A DNA stretch of 64,000 bases from Tagaea sp. (GTDB taxonomy: Bacteria > Pseudomonadota > Alphaproteobacteria > CACIAM-22H2): positions 1,184,001 to 1,248,000 of the forward strand of contig CBDIIB010000004.1 of assembly GCA_965279525.1 (NCBI GenBank). Reading direction: 5' to 3'. The notes below the pieces were generated by a model. It was not told where the DNA came from, made no database searches, and worked only from the letters and a program-made list of their open reading frames with translations. Made by a program: the position numbers and the translations under genes. Below are positions 1 through 7,886 of the stretch, piece after piece; position 1 is the first letter of the stretch, and every line of letters starts with the position of its first letter.

Positions 1-9
1 AGCGCCCCG

Positions 10-1257
10 ATGAGCAAAGGCAAGCACCAGTCCGGCCGCGGCGGTTACGGCACTTCACGCGGCGGCAGGGACGGCGAACGGGGTGACAAGCCCGGCGCCA
101 AGCGCGGGCCGAACTCGGGCCAGAAGCCCGGTTCCAAAGGCGGATTCGGCGCCAAGCCGGCCCGCGGACCGCGCCCCGAGCGCTTCGAGAAATCCGACCG
201 GCCGGCCCGGCCGGAACGCTTCGGCAAGCCCGAGCGCCCCGCCCGTCCCGAACGTCCGGCGCGGCCCGAGCGTTTCGGCAAGCCCGAACGCCCCGCCCGC
301 CCCGAACGTTTCGGCAAGCCCGAGCGCTTCGGCAAGTCCGAGCGTCCCGCCCGCCCCGAACGCTTTGGCAAACAGGAGCGTTTCGGCAAGCCCGACCGTC
401 CGTTCCGCCCCGAGCGCCCCGCCCGTCCGCCGCGCGAAGTCCGCCCGGAACCCGTCGAACGCGTCCATCGCCCGACCCCGAGCGAGGCCGGCCGGCCGGA
501 AGCCGGCGGCAACCGCGTTTGGCTCTACGGCATCCATCCCGTTCTGGCGGCCCTCGCCAACCCGAGCCGCAAGGTGCTGCGCATCGCCGTACTTGGCGAG
601 ATCGAAGCGACCGTCGGCCCGCGCCTGGCCACGCTGGGCGAAACACACCCGACCGGCCTGCCCGAAATCGAGATCCTCGGCCGCGAACTGCTCGACCGGC
701 TGCTGCCGCGCGCGGCCGTCCATCAGGGCCTCGCCGCCCTCGTCGAGGGGCTGGAAGATCCCGACCTCGAAGACATCGTGCGCGCGACGGACGGCCACGA
801 CATCGCGCGCGTCGTGGTCCTCGACCAGGTCACCGACCCGCACAATATCGGCGCGATCCTGCGTTCCTGCGCCGGTTTCGGTGTCGCCGCCGTGATCCTG
901 CCCGAGCGCCATTCGCCGGCGGCCACCGCCGTGATGGCGAAGGCCGCATCGGGTGCCTTGGAGCGCGTGCCGTTCGTGCGCGTGGTCAATCTCGCGCGCG
1001 CACTCGACCGGCTCAAATCCGCGGGCTTCTGGTGCGTGGGCCTTGCCGGCGAAGCGCAGACGCCGATCCATCAGGCCGATCTCACCGGCAAGATCGCGCT
1101 CGTCGTGGGTGCCGAAGGCGAAGGCCTGCGCCGGCTGACGCGCGAGCGTTGCGACCTGCTCGTGCGCATCCCGATGGAAAAAGGCGTGGAAAGCCTCAAC
1201 GTGTCGAACGCCGCGGCGATCGCCCTCTACGAATTGGCACGCCGCACGACCGCTTAG
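10..1257 (+). CDS. rlmB: 23S rRNA (guanosine-2'-O)-methyltransferase RlmB (SpoU/TrmH family) with long low-complexity N-terminal extension
   Basis: Motifs WLYGIHPV, HQG, LDQVTDPHNIGAILRS, GAEGEGLR, IPM..VESLNVSNAAAIALYE are typical of the SpoU family. Confidence 0.9.
   Translation: MSKGKHQSGRGGYGTSRGGRDGERGDKPGAKRGPNSGQKPGSKGGFGAKPARGPRPERFEKSDRPARPERFGKPERPARPERPARPERFGKPERPARPERFGKPERFGKSERPARPERFGKQERFGKPDRPFRPERPARPPREVRPEPVERVHRPTPSEAGRPEAGGNRVWLYGIHPVLAALANPSRKVLRIAVLGEIEATVGPRLATLGETHPTGLPEIEILGRELLDRLLPRAAVHQGLAALVEGLEDPDLEDIVRATDGHDIARVVVLDQVTDPHNIGAILRSCAGFGVAAVILPERHSPAATAVMAKAASGALERVPFVRVVNLARALDRLKSAGFWCVGLAGEAQTPIHQADLTGKIALVVGAEGEGLRRLTRERCDLLVRIPMEKGVESLNVSNAAAIALYELARRTTA
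178..429 (+). repeat. Coding 18-bp tandem repeat: 14 hexapeptide units of two types (ERFGKP-like and ERPARP-like) in the rlmB N-terminus
   Basis: Translation reads ERFEKS DRPARP ERFGKP ERPARP ERPARP ERFGKP ERPARP ERFGKP ERFGKS ERPARP ERFGKQ ERFGKP DRPFRP ERPARP. Confidence 0.9.
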
Positions 1258-1802
1258 CGCCGCAACGCGCCTTCGACGTATTTCCTGAAATGCGCAGGCT
1301 CGGGCGTGACATAGCCCACGAGCTTGGCTTCCTCATCCCAGCGGCGCAGGCGCAGCGCGTCCTTGGCGAAGCGCTTGGCCGCGAAACGGTCGGCCTCCGC
1401 CTTCGACATCGGCCCGCCCTGCAGCTTCAGCGACAGCACCGAGGCATCCGACAGCCGCTCGGCATAGCCCGGTTCGACCGCGACGAGATAGCGCTTGGCA
1501 TCGACATGCAGCGCCACCGGCCCGACGACGTCCTCGCCGAAATGGCGCAGCAGGAACGCGGCCCCCACCGCCTCGTGCCTTCCGTCGACGCCCTTGTCGG
1601 CGATGTCCTCGCCAAGCCCGTGCAGCAGGTGCCCGACGTCGTGCAGCAAAGCCGCCGCGACGAGGGCGGGGCTCGCGCCTTCCTTTTCGGCGAGCCATGC
1701 GGCCTGCAGCGCATGCTCGCGCTGGCTGATGCCCTCGCCGTAGCCGGCGTGGCCGGCGGGCTGGTCGAAGACGGCGATGAGGCGGTCGACGATGTCGGTC
1801 AT
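1254..1802 (-). CDS. HD-domain di-iron oxygenase, PhnZ/TmpB-like (phosphonate C-P cleavage family)
   Basis: YGEGISQREHALQAA, AALLHDVGH, HEAVGA, LHVDAKRYL, SLKLQGGPM, LRRWDEEAK; start placed at ATG 1802 (MTDIV). Confidence 0.8.
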   Translation of the reverse strand: MTDIVDRLIAVFDQPAGHAGYGEGISQREHALQAAWLAEKEGASPALVAAALLHDVGHLLHGLGEDIADKGVDGRHEAVGAAFLLRHFGEDVVGPVALHVDAKRYLVAVEPGYAERLSDASVLSLKLQGGPMSKAEADRFAAKRFAKDALRLRRWDEEAKLVGYVTPEPAHFRKYVEGALRR

Positions 1803-1851
1803 GGGCGCTAGTCTATCAGCCAAGAAGCGGACGCGACTAGGGAGAGGCGCC

Positions 1852-2655
1852 ATGCAACTCACGCCAGCACAGGTCGAGGCGTACGACCGCGATGGCTACG
1901 TCTTCATCGAGAACGTCTTCTCGAAGCGCGAGATCGACACGCTGACCGGCGAACTGCCGGCCGCGTTCGCGCAAAAGCGCGAAGAAGTCGTGCGCGAGAA
2001 AGGCTCGGATGCGCCCCGCTCGGCCTTCTATCTGCAGACCTGGAACCCGGTCTACGAAGCGCTGGCGCGCCATCCGCGCCTGCTGAAGCCCGGCATGCAG
2101 CTGCTGGGTTCGGACCGGCTCTACATGCACCAGTTCAAGGTGAACGCGAAGGCGGCGTTCGACGGCGCGGTGTGGCAGTGGCATCAGGACTACGCGACGT
2201 GGAAGGCCGACGACGACATGCCGGAGCCCAACGCGTTCAACATCGCGCTGTTTCTGGCCGACGCGAACGAGTTCAACGGCCCCTTGATGTTCATCCCCGG
2301 CAGCCACAAGCGCGGCGCCATCCAGTCGAGCTGGGACACGACGACGACTTCCTATCCGTTGTGGACCATCGACAACGACACGGTGACGAAGCTCGTCGAG
2401 CGCGGCGGCATCGTGGCACCCAAGGGGCCGGCGGGCAGCGTGCTGATCTTCAATTCGTGCCTCGTGCACGCGTCGGGCTCGAACCTCACGCCGTGGTCGC
2501 GCTGGATCGTGTATCTCTCGATCAACCGCTGCGACAACGCGATCCGGCGGTTCAGGCGCCCGGCGTGGATCGCCAACCGCGACTTCGCGCCGATCGAGCC
2601 GCTGGCCGACGACTGCCTGGCGAAGTTCGCGAAGGACGCAAGGGCGGCCGAGTAG
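1852..2655 (+). CDS. Fe(II)/2-oxoglutarate dioxygenase, PhyH family (ectoine/proline hydroxylase-like)
   Basis: YDRDGY, HQFKVNAK, WQWHQDY (HxD), NGPLMFIPGSH, distal His in LVHASGSN; GGAGAGG RBS before ATG 1852. Confidence 0.85.
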   Translation: MQLTPAQVEAYDRDGYVFIENVFSKREIDTLTGELPAAFAQKREEVVREKGSDAPRSAFYLQTWNPVYEALARHPRLLKPGMQLLGSDRLYMHQFKVNAKAAFDGAVWQWHQDYATWKADDDMPEPNAFNIALFLADANEFNGPLMFIPGSHKRGAIQSSWDTTTTSYPLWTIDNDTVTKLVERGGIVAPKGPAGSVLIFNSCLVHASGSNLTPWSRWIVYLSINRCDNAIRRFRRPAWIANRDFAPIEPLADDCLAKFAKDARAAE

Positions 2656-2665
2656 TTTCCAGTCT

Positions 2666-3550
2666 TTACGACGCCGCGAAGTTCGCCCGCATCCACGCGA
2701 CGAGCGGGTCGGCCGCCGGCAGGAAGGCCGAGTTGTGGTCGCCCTCGGGCTCGGCATAGACGCTCAGCGGGTTGCGCGGCATGGACTCGAACGTGCGCCG
2801 CTTGGCGTTGGGCGTGGGATCGCGCGTGCCCGACGTCCAGAACACCGGCAGGCGCGTGGCGGCCAACGCCGCCTTCACGCTCGGGAAGCGCGCCGGATCG
2901 TGGAACGACAGGAACACCTCGGGCGTCGTCGTGTAGCTTTCCTCGACGAAGGATTCGCCGACCGCGTTCTGCCCGCCGAAACGCACCGGCACGCGCCCCT
3001 GCCCCGCCGCCTCGAGTTGCTTCGCCCGGTCGATCTCGGGCTGGACGCGCTTCCAGAAAATGCCGGACGGCGGGATCAGGTCGAGCAGGCCGCCGGGATT
3101 GAGGAACGCCTTGCCGACCACGACGGGCGGCGGATCGGCCGGCCGCCACGTCATCGCGAAGGTGGCGCCGAGGCTCAAACCCCCGACCACGACCTTGCGG
3201 CCCGCGGCCGCCGCAAGCGCCACGAGCGCGTCGACCGCGGCATTGGCATCGGCGACGGTGCCGTTCCACGCCCGGCTCCACGGCATCGCCGGAAGGTAAA
3301 CAGTCGTTCCGGACGCGGCGACGCGCTCGGCGAAATTGCGCATCAGCGGCGAACGCGGGCTGCCGTTCTTGCCGTGCAGCAAGACGAGCGCCAGATTGCC
3401 GTTCGCCGAAAGCTCGTCGAACTCGACGCGCCAGCCGGTCGATGCCGCAAGCGACTGCGCCGCCGGGGCCGGCCCCTGGGCGCGCGCGGCCGGAACGGCG
3501 CCGGCCGCCGCCATCAATCCCCCCAGAAATGCCCGCCGGTCCACGACCAT
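2666..3550 (-). CDS. Tat-exported alpha/beta hydrolase (esterase/lipase-like)
   Basis: Twin-arginine signal DRRAFL...ARA; LLHGKNG oxyanion loop; GLSLG nucleophile elbow; GTRDP Asp and GDHN His complete a plausible triad. Confidence 0.75.
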   Translation of the reverse strand: MVVDRRAFLGGLMAAAGAVPAARAQGPAPAAQSLAASTGWRVEFDELSANGNLALVLLHGKNGSPRSPLMRNFAERVAASGTTVYLPAMPWSRAWNGTVADANAAVDALVALAAAAGRKVVVGGLSLGATFAMTWRPADPPPVVVGKAFLNPGGLLDLIPPSGIFWKRVQPEIDRAKQLEAAGQGRVPVRFGGQNAVGESFVEESYTTTPEVFLSFHDPARFPSVKAALAATRLPVFWTSGTRDPTPNAKRRTFESMPRNPLSVYAEPEGDHNSAFLPAADPLVAWMRANFAAS

Positions 3551-3588
3551 GCAAACCCCTTCAAACCGCAAAACATTGGGTTACTACT

Positions 3589-3716
3589 GGTTACCGGTAA
3601 CCTATTTATCCCTTTGAAGTTCAAAGGTTGTTACTGCAACGACACTTCCTGCAACCTTTGTGACGCCTCACCGAATTCTTCCCGAAACACCGTCGCAAAC
3701 TTGTTCCTATAATAGG
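3589..3716. promoter_or_regulatory. AT-rich intergenic cluster of inverted repeats between divergent genes
   Basis: GGTTACCGGTAACC (3589-3602); CCTTTGAA-G-TTCAAAGG (3611-3627); CAAAGGTTG (3622-3630) pairing with CAACCTTTG (3652-3660); CCTAT-A-ATAGG (3706-3716). Confidence 0.6.
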
Positions 3717-3755
3717 TAATTTAGCCGTTTTGTCAAGATCGAATTTCGTTTGAAA

Positions 3756-3802
3756 TGTATGCTGTTTCCGGTTGTGTTCTTCTTTGATACAGTCTTTGGA
3801 TG
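3756..3802 (+). promoter_or_regulatory. Repeated promoter element, copy 1: TGTATGC-N20-TTTGATACAGT-N6-ATG (extended -10, probably leaderless)
   Basis: TG-A-TACAGT with -10 at 3788-3793; ATG at 3800, 7 nt later; no Shine-Dalgarno; near-identical copy at 5128-5174. Confidence 0.7.
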
Positions 3803-4429
3803 AATAATGTTCTCATCTGGATCGGGCTGATCCTTGCCGTCGTTTCAGGCGGCAGCACGGCACGCGCCGATCCGCTCTGCGCGCTCGGCTGGATTTGCGA
3901 AACGGCGACAGAATTCGAGCTTCTAAATCCTTTGGTTGAGCATGGAGCCACAAGCCCGACCTGCCACCTGCGTCAGATCGCCGTCCTGCGGCAACAGAAG
4001 CTCGGGTTCTGGTTAGTCACGAGCGCGTATCGACTTGGATCCACTGTCGAGCTCTCGTTTGTCGTCGGCCTTTTTCAGGCAAACCCGGATGGGTCGACCG
4101 GGAAAGTCGCGGTACGTACTGCGCGGCTGCTATCCGCAGACAGGGTCATCGACACGGCAGATTGGGCACAGACGATGGATCCGGAGAGCGGCATGGTGTC
4201 GCTCTCGCAATACGGCACCGATATCTCGGATCCGCTTGCGCACGCAGCGTTGGCGGTTGCGTCAGGGGCGCGCTACGGCGCCCTGGTCGAAACCGAATCT
4301 GGCCGGCGGTTTCAGCTCGAAATCGAGATAGGCACGCGAAAAGACGCCAGCAAGCTGGCTATTCGTGCGTTTCGCGCGTGTGTGGAGCGCGACAGACTCT
4401 CCCCGACTGCTCCGAAAGTCGCCGAGTAG
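3800..4429 (+). CDS. Hypothetical exported protein, paralog type A (four conserved Cys)
   Basis: Sec signal ending ARA; CALGWIC, PTCHL, RLLSADRVIDTADW, GARYGALVETESGRR, AIRAFRAC; homologous to 5172..5774. Confidence 0.75.
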   Translation: MNNVLIWIGLILAVVSGGSTARADPLCALGWICETATEFELLNPLVEHGATSPTCHLRQIAVLRQQKLGFWLVTSAYRLGSTVELSFVVGLFQANPDGSTGKVAVRTARLLSADRVIDTADWAQTMDPESGMVSLSQYGTDISDPLAHAALAVASGARYGALVETESGRRFQLEIEIGTRKDASKLAIRAFRACVERDRLSPTAPKVAE

Positions 4430-4432
4430 ACG

Positions 4433-5059
4433 ATGCATTCGACACGTTTTCAAATCAGATGGACGCTGGCGCTAATGCTGGCGCTTGCGAACATCGCGCA
4501 TGCCGACATGACCGAGACCTGCCGCGCCGGCCATGTCTGCGTTGCCGCGAGCGGATATGAGAACATGCGCGCCGGCAAGCCCGACGGTGGCAGCTACGGA
4601 TGCGGATTCCGGTATGGTGCGCGCGATGACAAAACCGGTCGCACGCTCTATGTCGCACTCGTCGGCGGGGAGGGCGACATCCTGCCCTATCTCATCGTTG
4701 AAATGCACATGCGCGAACCGATCCCGGACAGCGAAAAGACAAAACTTCTTACGCCTCGCGCCGGATGGATCTACACGGCCGATCAGACGATCCTGACAAA
4801 AGACTGGAACCTGACAGTCCGCGACCAGTTGCAGGTATCGCGAACAGACATCCTTCCCGAAAACCGCGGCACCATCAGCCAAATGGCGGAATTGCTGGGC
4901 GCTCTTCCCCACACCATCTTGGTCGAGATCACGGAAGGAACTTACATCCGCTATTTCGTCGCGCCCCAATCCGACGGACGTCGTGCCGCCGCGGAGTTCG
5001 TCGCGTGCGTCGATGAGATCCACCAGAGCGTGAAGTCCGTCACGCCAGTGCTGCGATAG
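4433..5059 (+). CDS. Hypothetical exported protein, paralog type B
   Basis: Signal ending AHA; CRAGHVC, YGCGF, GEGDILPY, TKDW, VRD..RTDILPENR, EFVAC; homologous to 5786..6382. Confidence 0.75.
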   Translation: MHSTRFQIRWTLALMLALANIAHADMTETCRAGHVCVAASGYENMRAGKPDGGSYGCGFRYGARDDKTGRTLYVALVGGEGDILPYLIVEMHMREPIPDSEKTKLLTPRAGWIYTADQTILTKDWNLTVRDQLQVSRTDILPENRGTISQMAELLGALPHTILVEITEGTYIRYFVAPQSDGRRAAAEFVACVDEIHQSVKSVTPVLR

Positions 5060-5127
5060 AATGCGATGGCGCGCAGATCCGGTCATCCGCGAGGACTGGC
5101 ATGCCGTTGCGACCAAGCCAGCTTAAA

Positions 5128-5174
5128 TGTATGCCTTTTCTGGTTGTGTTCTTATATGATACAGTCTGTGGATG
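5128..5174 (+). promoter_or_regulatory. Repeated promoter element, copy 2
   Basis: TGTATGCCTTTTCTGGTTGTGTTCTTATATGATACAGTCTGTGGATG aligns without gaps to copy 1; -10 TACAGT at 5160-5165; ATG at 5172. Confidence 0.7.
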
Positions 5175-5774
5175 CGCAAAGTTCTTCTTCCCGTCGTCCT
5201 TGCCGTCGTCGCGGTTTCAGCCGTGCCGGCAGCCGCCCAATCGGCCCCCTTCTGTCCGGAGGGCTGGGCCTGCGGTTCGCCTGACGGACATCGCGCCGAG
5301 ACGCGCCAGGCCACCGGCCACCGCGACGCCTGCCTGATCCACCACGCGCTGACGACGAGTGACGGTGCATGGCAGATGATGACGATCCTCTTCTCGACCG
5401 ACTCGACACGAGACGTCGATATGGGCTTCGCGGTGACCCTTCTGGAATCCGCCACGCCCGGCAAAGACTACCGCCAGATACCGCTGCGTTCGATCCGGCT
5501 GCTGAGCGCGGATCGCCGGCTCGACACGCGCGAATGGCGGGTCACTGGCGCCGGCACGACCCGGACGATCGTGCGCGTGCCGGTCATGGAAGGTGTCGAG
5601 AAGGCGGTCGGCGCGTCGATCGCGATCGCGACGGGTGCGGCCTATGGCGTGCTCGCCGAAACGACGGACGGCAGGCGCGTGCGCATTGAGTCAGCGGCGA
5701 CTGCGCGCGTGCCGACCGCGATCCGGGCGTTCCAGTCCTGTATCGAGAACCGCAGCAAGCCCGCCGGCAACTAG
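5172..5774 (+). CDS. Hypothetical exported protein, paralog type A'
   Basis: Signal ending AAA; CPEGWAC, DACLI, RLLSADRRLDTREW, GAAYGVLAETTDGRR, AIRAFQSC. Confidence 0.75.
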   Translation: MRKVLLPVVLAVVAVSAVPAAAQSAPFCPEGWACGSPDGHRAETRQATGHRDACLIHHALTTSDGAWQMMTILFSTDSTRDVDMGFAVTLLESATPGKDYRQIPLRSIRLLSADRRLDTREWRVTGAGTTRTIVRVPVMEGVEKAVGASIAIATGAAYGVLAETTDGRRVRIESAATARVPTAIRAFQSCIENRSKPAGN

Positions 5775-5785
5775 GAGAAAGTGCG

Positions 5786-6382
5786 ATGCGAATAGCCCCA
5801 GCGGCCTTGGTCGTCGCAATGCCCTTCCTGCTGGCCGCCTGCGCGCAGCCAGCCGAGGAAAGAGGTTGCGGCGACCATATCTGCACGAGCACCGAAGGCC
5901 ACAAGCTCGTCGAGTACCGGAAGGACGGCGAATTGATCGACTGCCGCATCGAGCACATTGCCCGTGCGCTCGACGCTCCCTATGGCTTCGTCGTCGTCGC
6001 GGCTGCCGGCGAGGGCACGATTCTCCCTTACATGCGGATCGTGGTGCGCGGGGTCCACGTCACGCCGGTCGGTCAACCGAATGAAATTCTAGCCCTTCGT
6101 TCGGTCCGGCTGCGCGGAGCTGAGTCGAAGTTCGATACCCGGGATTGGCAGTCGCATGTGCGGGACGGCGCCGTCTGGCTGCGGACCGACGTACTTCCAG
6201 AAGACCGGTCGCCGCTCGCCACGCTCGCCGCCATCGCCACGAGCGAAACCTACGCCATGCACGTCGAGACTGGAGACGGGCGGAAAGTGCCCGTCGGCGT
6301 CGCCCAACTCCGCCCGACCGGCGATATCGCCAAGCGCTTCCTTGCCTGCACCGAGGAACTGCGCAAGGCCGTCGGCGGCTAA
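5786..6382 (+). CDS. Hypothetical lipoprotein, paralog type B'
   Basis: Lipobox LLAAC; CGDHIC, IDCRI, GEGTILPY, DTRDW, VRD..RTDVLPEDR, RFLAC; AGGAG RBS. Confidence 0.75.
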   Translation: MRIAPAALVVAMPFLLAACAQPAEERGCGDHICTSTEGHKLVEYRKDGELIDCRIEHIARALDAPYGFVVVAAAGEGTILPYMRIVVRGVHVTPVGQPNEILALRSVRLRGAESKFDTRDWQSHVRDGAVWLRTDVLPEDRSPLATLAAIATSETYAMHVETGDGRKVPVGVAQLRPTGDIAKRFLACTEELRKAVGG

Positions 6383-6463
6383 GACCGCCCGCAGGCATGC
6401 TTGATCTCGATCCTTCCGAATTCGTCTCCGCGCGCGATGCGCCCCGCCCAGCATCTCAAAAAC

Positions 6464-6570
6464 TGTATGCCGTATTCGACGGTCGGCCCTTTTGATAATT
6501 TTTTCGGAAGAACCGCGTTGGCAGCGGCTGCCTTGCCGTCCTCACGAACGGCGCAATCGCCCGAGGATGA
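6464..6570 (+). pseudogene. Third, degenerate copy of the promoter element followed by a decayed 5' remnant of a type-A gene
   Basis: TGTATGC at 6464 and TTTGATA at 6491 keep the same 27-nt offset as copies 1 and 2; AAG lies where ATG would be (6508); that frame contains CTT GCC GTC as in both type-A signal peptides and ends at TGA 6570. Confidence 0.45.
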
Positions 6571-6573
6571 TGC

Positions 6574-7221
6574 ATGCCCCCAGCGAAGCACCCGCACGAC
6601 CCTCACTACCACGCACACGGCCCCGACGCCGGCACGCACCTGTCGGACGTCGAGCTCCGGGTGCGCGCCCTCGAAAGCGTGCTCGTCGAGAAAGGCTATG
6701 TCGTTCCGCAAGTCCTCGACGATCTGGTCGAGACCTATGAAAAGAAGATCGGTCCGCGCAACGGCGCGCATGTCGTCGCGAAGGCGTGGACGGACCCGGC
6801 CTATCGCGAATGGCTGCTCGCCGACGCCACGGCCGCGATCGCTTCGCTGGGCTATCCGGGCGGGCAGGCCATGGTTGCCGTCGCGAACGGCCCGGACCAG
6901 CACAACCTCATCGTCTGCACACTCTGCTCCTGCTATCCGTGGCCGGTCCTGGGGCTGCCGCCCGTCTGGTACAAGTCGGCGCCCTACCGGTCGCGCGCCG
7001 TCATCGATCCGCGCGGCGTGCTGGCGGATTTCGGGCTCGTCCTGCCGCCGACGACGCGGATCAAGGTGTGGGATTCGACCGCCGAGATCCGCTATTTCGT
7101 GCTTCCCGAAAGTCCTCCCGGGACCGGCGGAATGGACGAAGCCGCACTCGCCAAACTCGTGACACGCGACAGCCTGATCGGCGTCGGCCTGCCGCTCGCA
7201 CCTGAACGGGCCGCGTCGTGA
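6574..7221 (+). CDS. nthA: Nitrile hydratase alpha subunit (cobalt type)
   Basis: [11 protein letters not shown] metal motif (Thr/Tyr indicate Co type); [13 protein letters not shown]; WDSTAEIRY. Confidence 0.95.
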   Translation: MPPAKHPHDPHYHAHGPDAGTHLSDVELRVRALESVLVEKGYVVPQVLDDLVETYEKKIGPRNGAHVVAKAWTDPAYREWLLADATAAIASLGYPGGQAMVAVANGPDQHNLIVCTLCSCYPWPVLGLPPVWYKSAPYRSRAVIDPRGVLADFGLVLPPTTRIKVWDSTAEIRYFVLPESPPGTGGMDEAALAKLVTRDSLIGVGLPLAPERAAS

Positions 7222-7886
7222 ACGGTGCTGCCGACATGGGCGGCATGATGGGGTTCGGTCCCGTCGTGCCTGACGCCGAGACCGATCCGCTTTTCCACGC
7301 GGAATGGGAACGCCGCGTCTTCGCGATGGCGATCGGGATGGCGCGAACCGGGGCCTGGAACGTCGACATGTCGCGTGCCGCGCGCGAAAGCCTGCCGCCG
7401 GTGCAATACCTGTCGATCACCTATTTCGAGATCTGGCTTTGCGCCCTCGAAAAACTGCTGGCGGAACGAAACCTCGTCCAGGCCGACGAGATCGCCGCCG
7501 GCCAAGCCCTGCATCCGCCGGGCCGCGTCCCGCGCATCGGCAAGCCCGAGGAGGTGGCGGCGATCCTCGGCAAGGGCAAGCCCGGCACGATCCGCGAGGC
7601 GGCCGCACCGGCGCGCTTCGCGATCGGCAACCGGGTGCGGATGCGCAACATGCATCCGGCGACGCACACGCGCCTGCCCCGCTACGTGCGCGGGCGCCTG
7701 GGCGTCGTCGAACTCGTTCACGGCGTACACGTGTTTCCGGACAGCAACGCGCTGGGCCGGGGCGAAGCACCGCAGTGGCTCTACACCGTGCGCTTCGCCG
7801 GGACCGAATTGTGGGGTGCGGATGCCGATCAGGCGCTCGCCGTTTCGGTCGAGGCATGGGAGAGCTATCTGGAGGTGCCGGCATGA
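7218..7886 (+). CDS. nthB: Nitrile hydratase beta subunit
   Basis: GTG start overlapping the nthA stop; [40 protein letters not shown]. Confidence 0.93.
   Translation: MNGAADMGGMMGFGPVVPDAETDPLFHAEWERRVFAMAIGMARTGAWNVDMSRAARESLPPVQYLSITYFEIWLCALEKLLAERNLVQADEIAAGQALHPPGRVPRIGKPEEVAAILGKGKPGTIREAAAPARFAIGNRVRMRNMHPATHTRLPRYVRGRLGVVELVHGVHVFPDSNALGRGEAPQWLYTVRFAGTELWGADADQALAVSVEAWESYLEVPA

Noticed and set aside
178-429. Possible CRISPR array or non-coding repeat
   Set aside because: The units are contiguous, in-frame 18-mers with synonymous variation and no unique spacers, and no cas genes are present; this is a protein repeat
3743-3771. Resemblance of ATTTCGTTTGAAATGTATGC to a dif/pdif XerC arm, suggesting Xer-mobilised cassettes
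   Set aside because: There is no XerD arm (TTATGTTAAAT), and the left part is not conserved in copies 2 and 3
3800-6570. Integron cassette array
   Set aside because: No integrase and no attC-like RYYYAAC...GTTRRRY hairpins; the repeats look like promoters and the genes are paralogs
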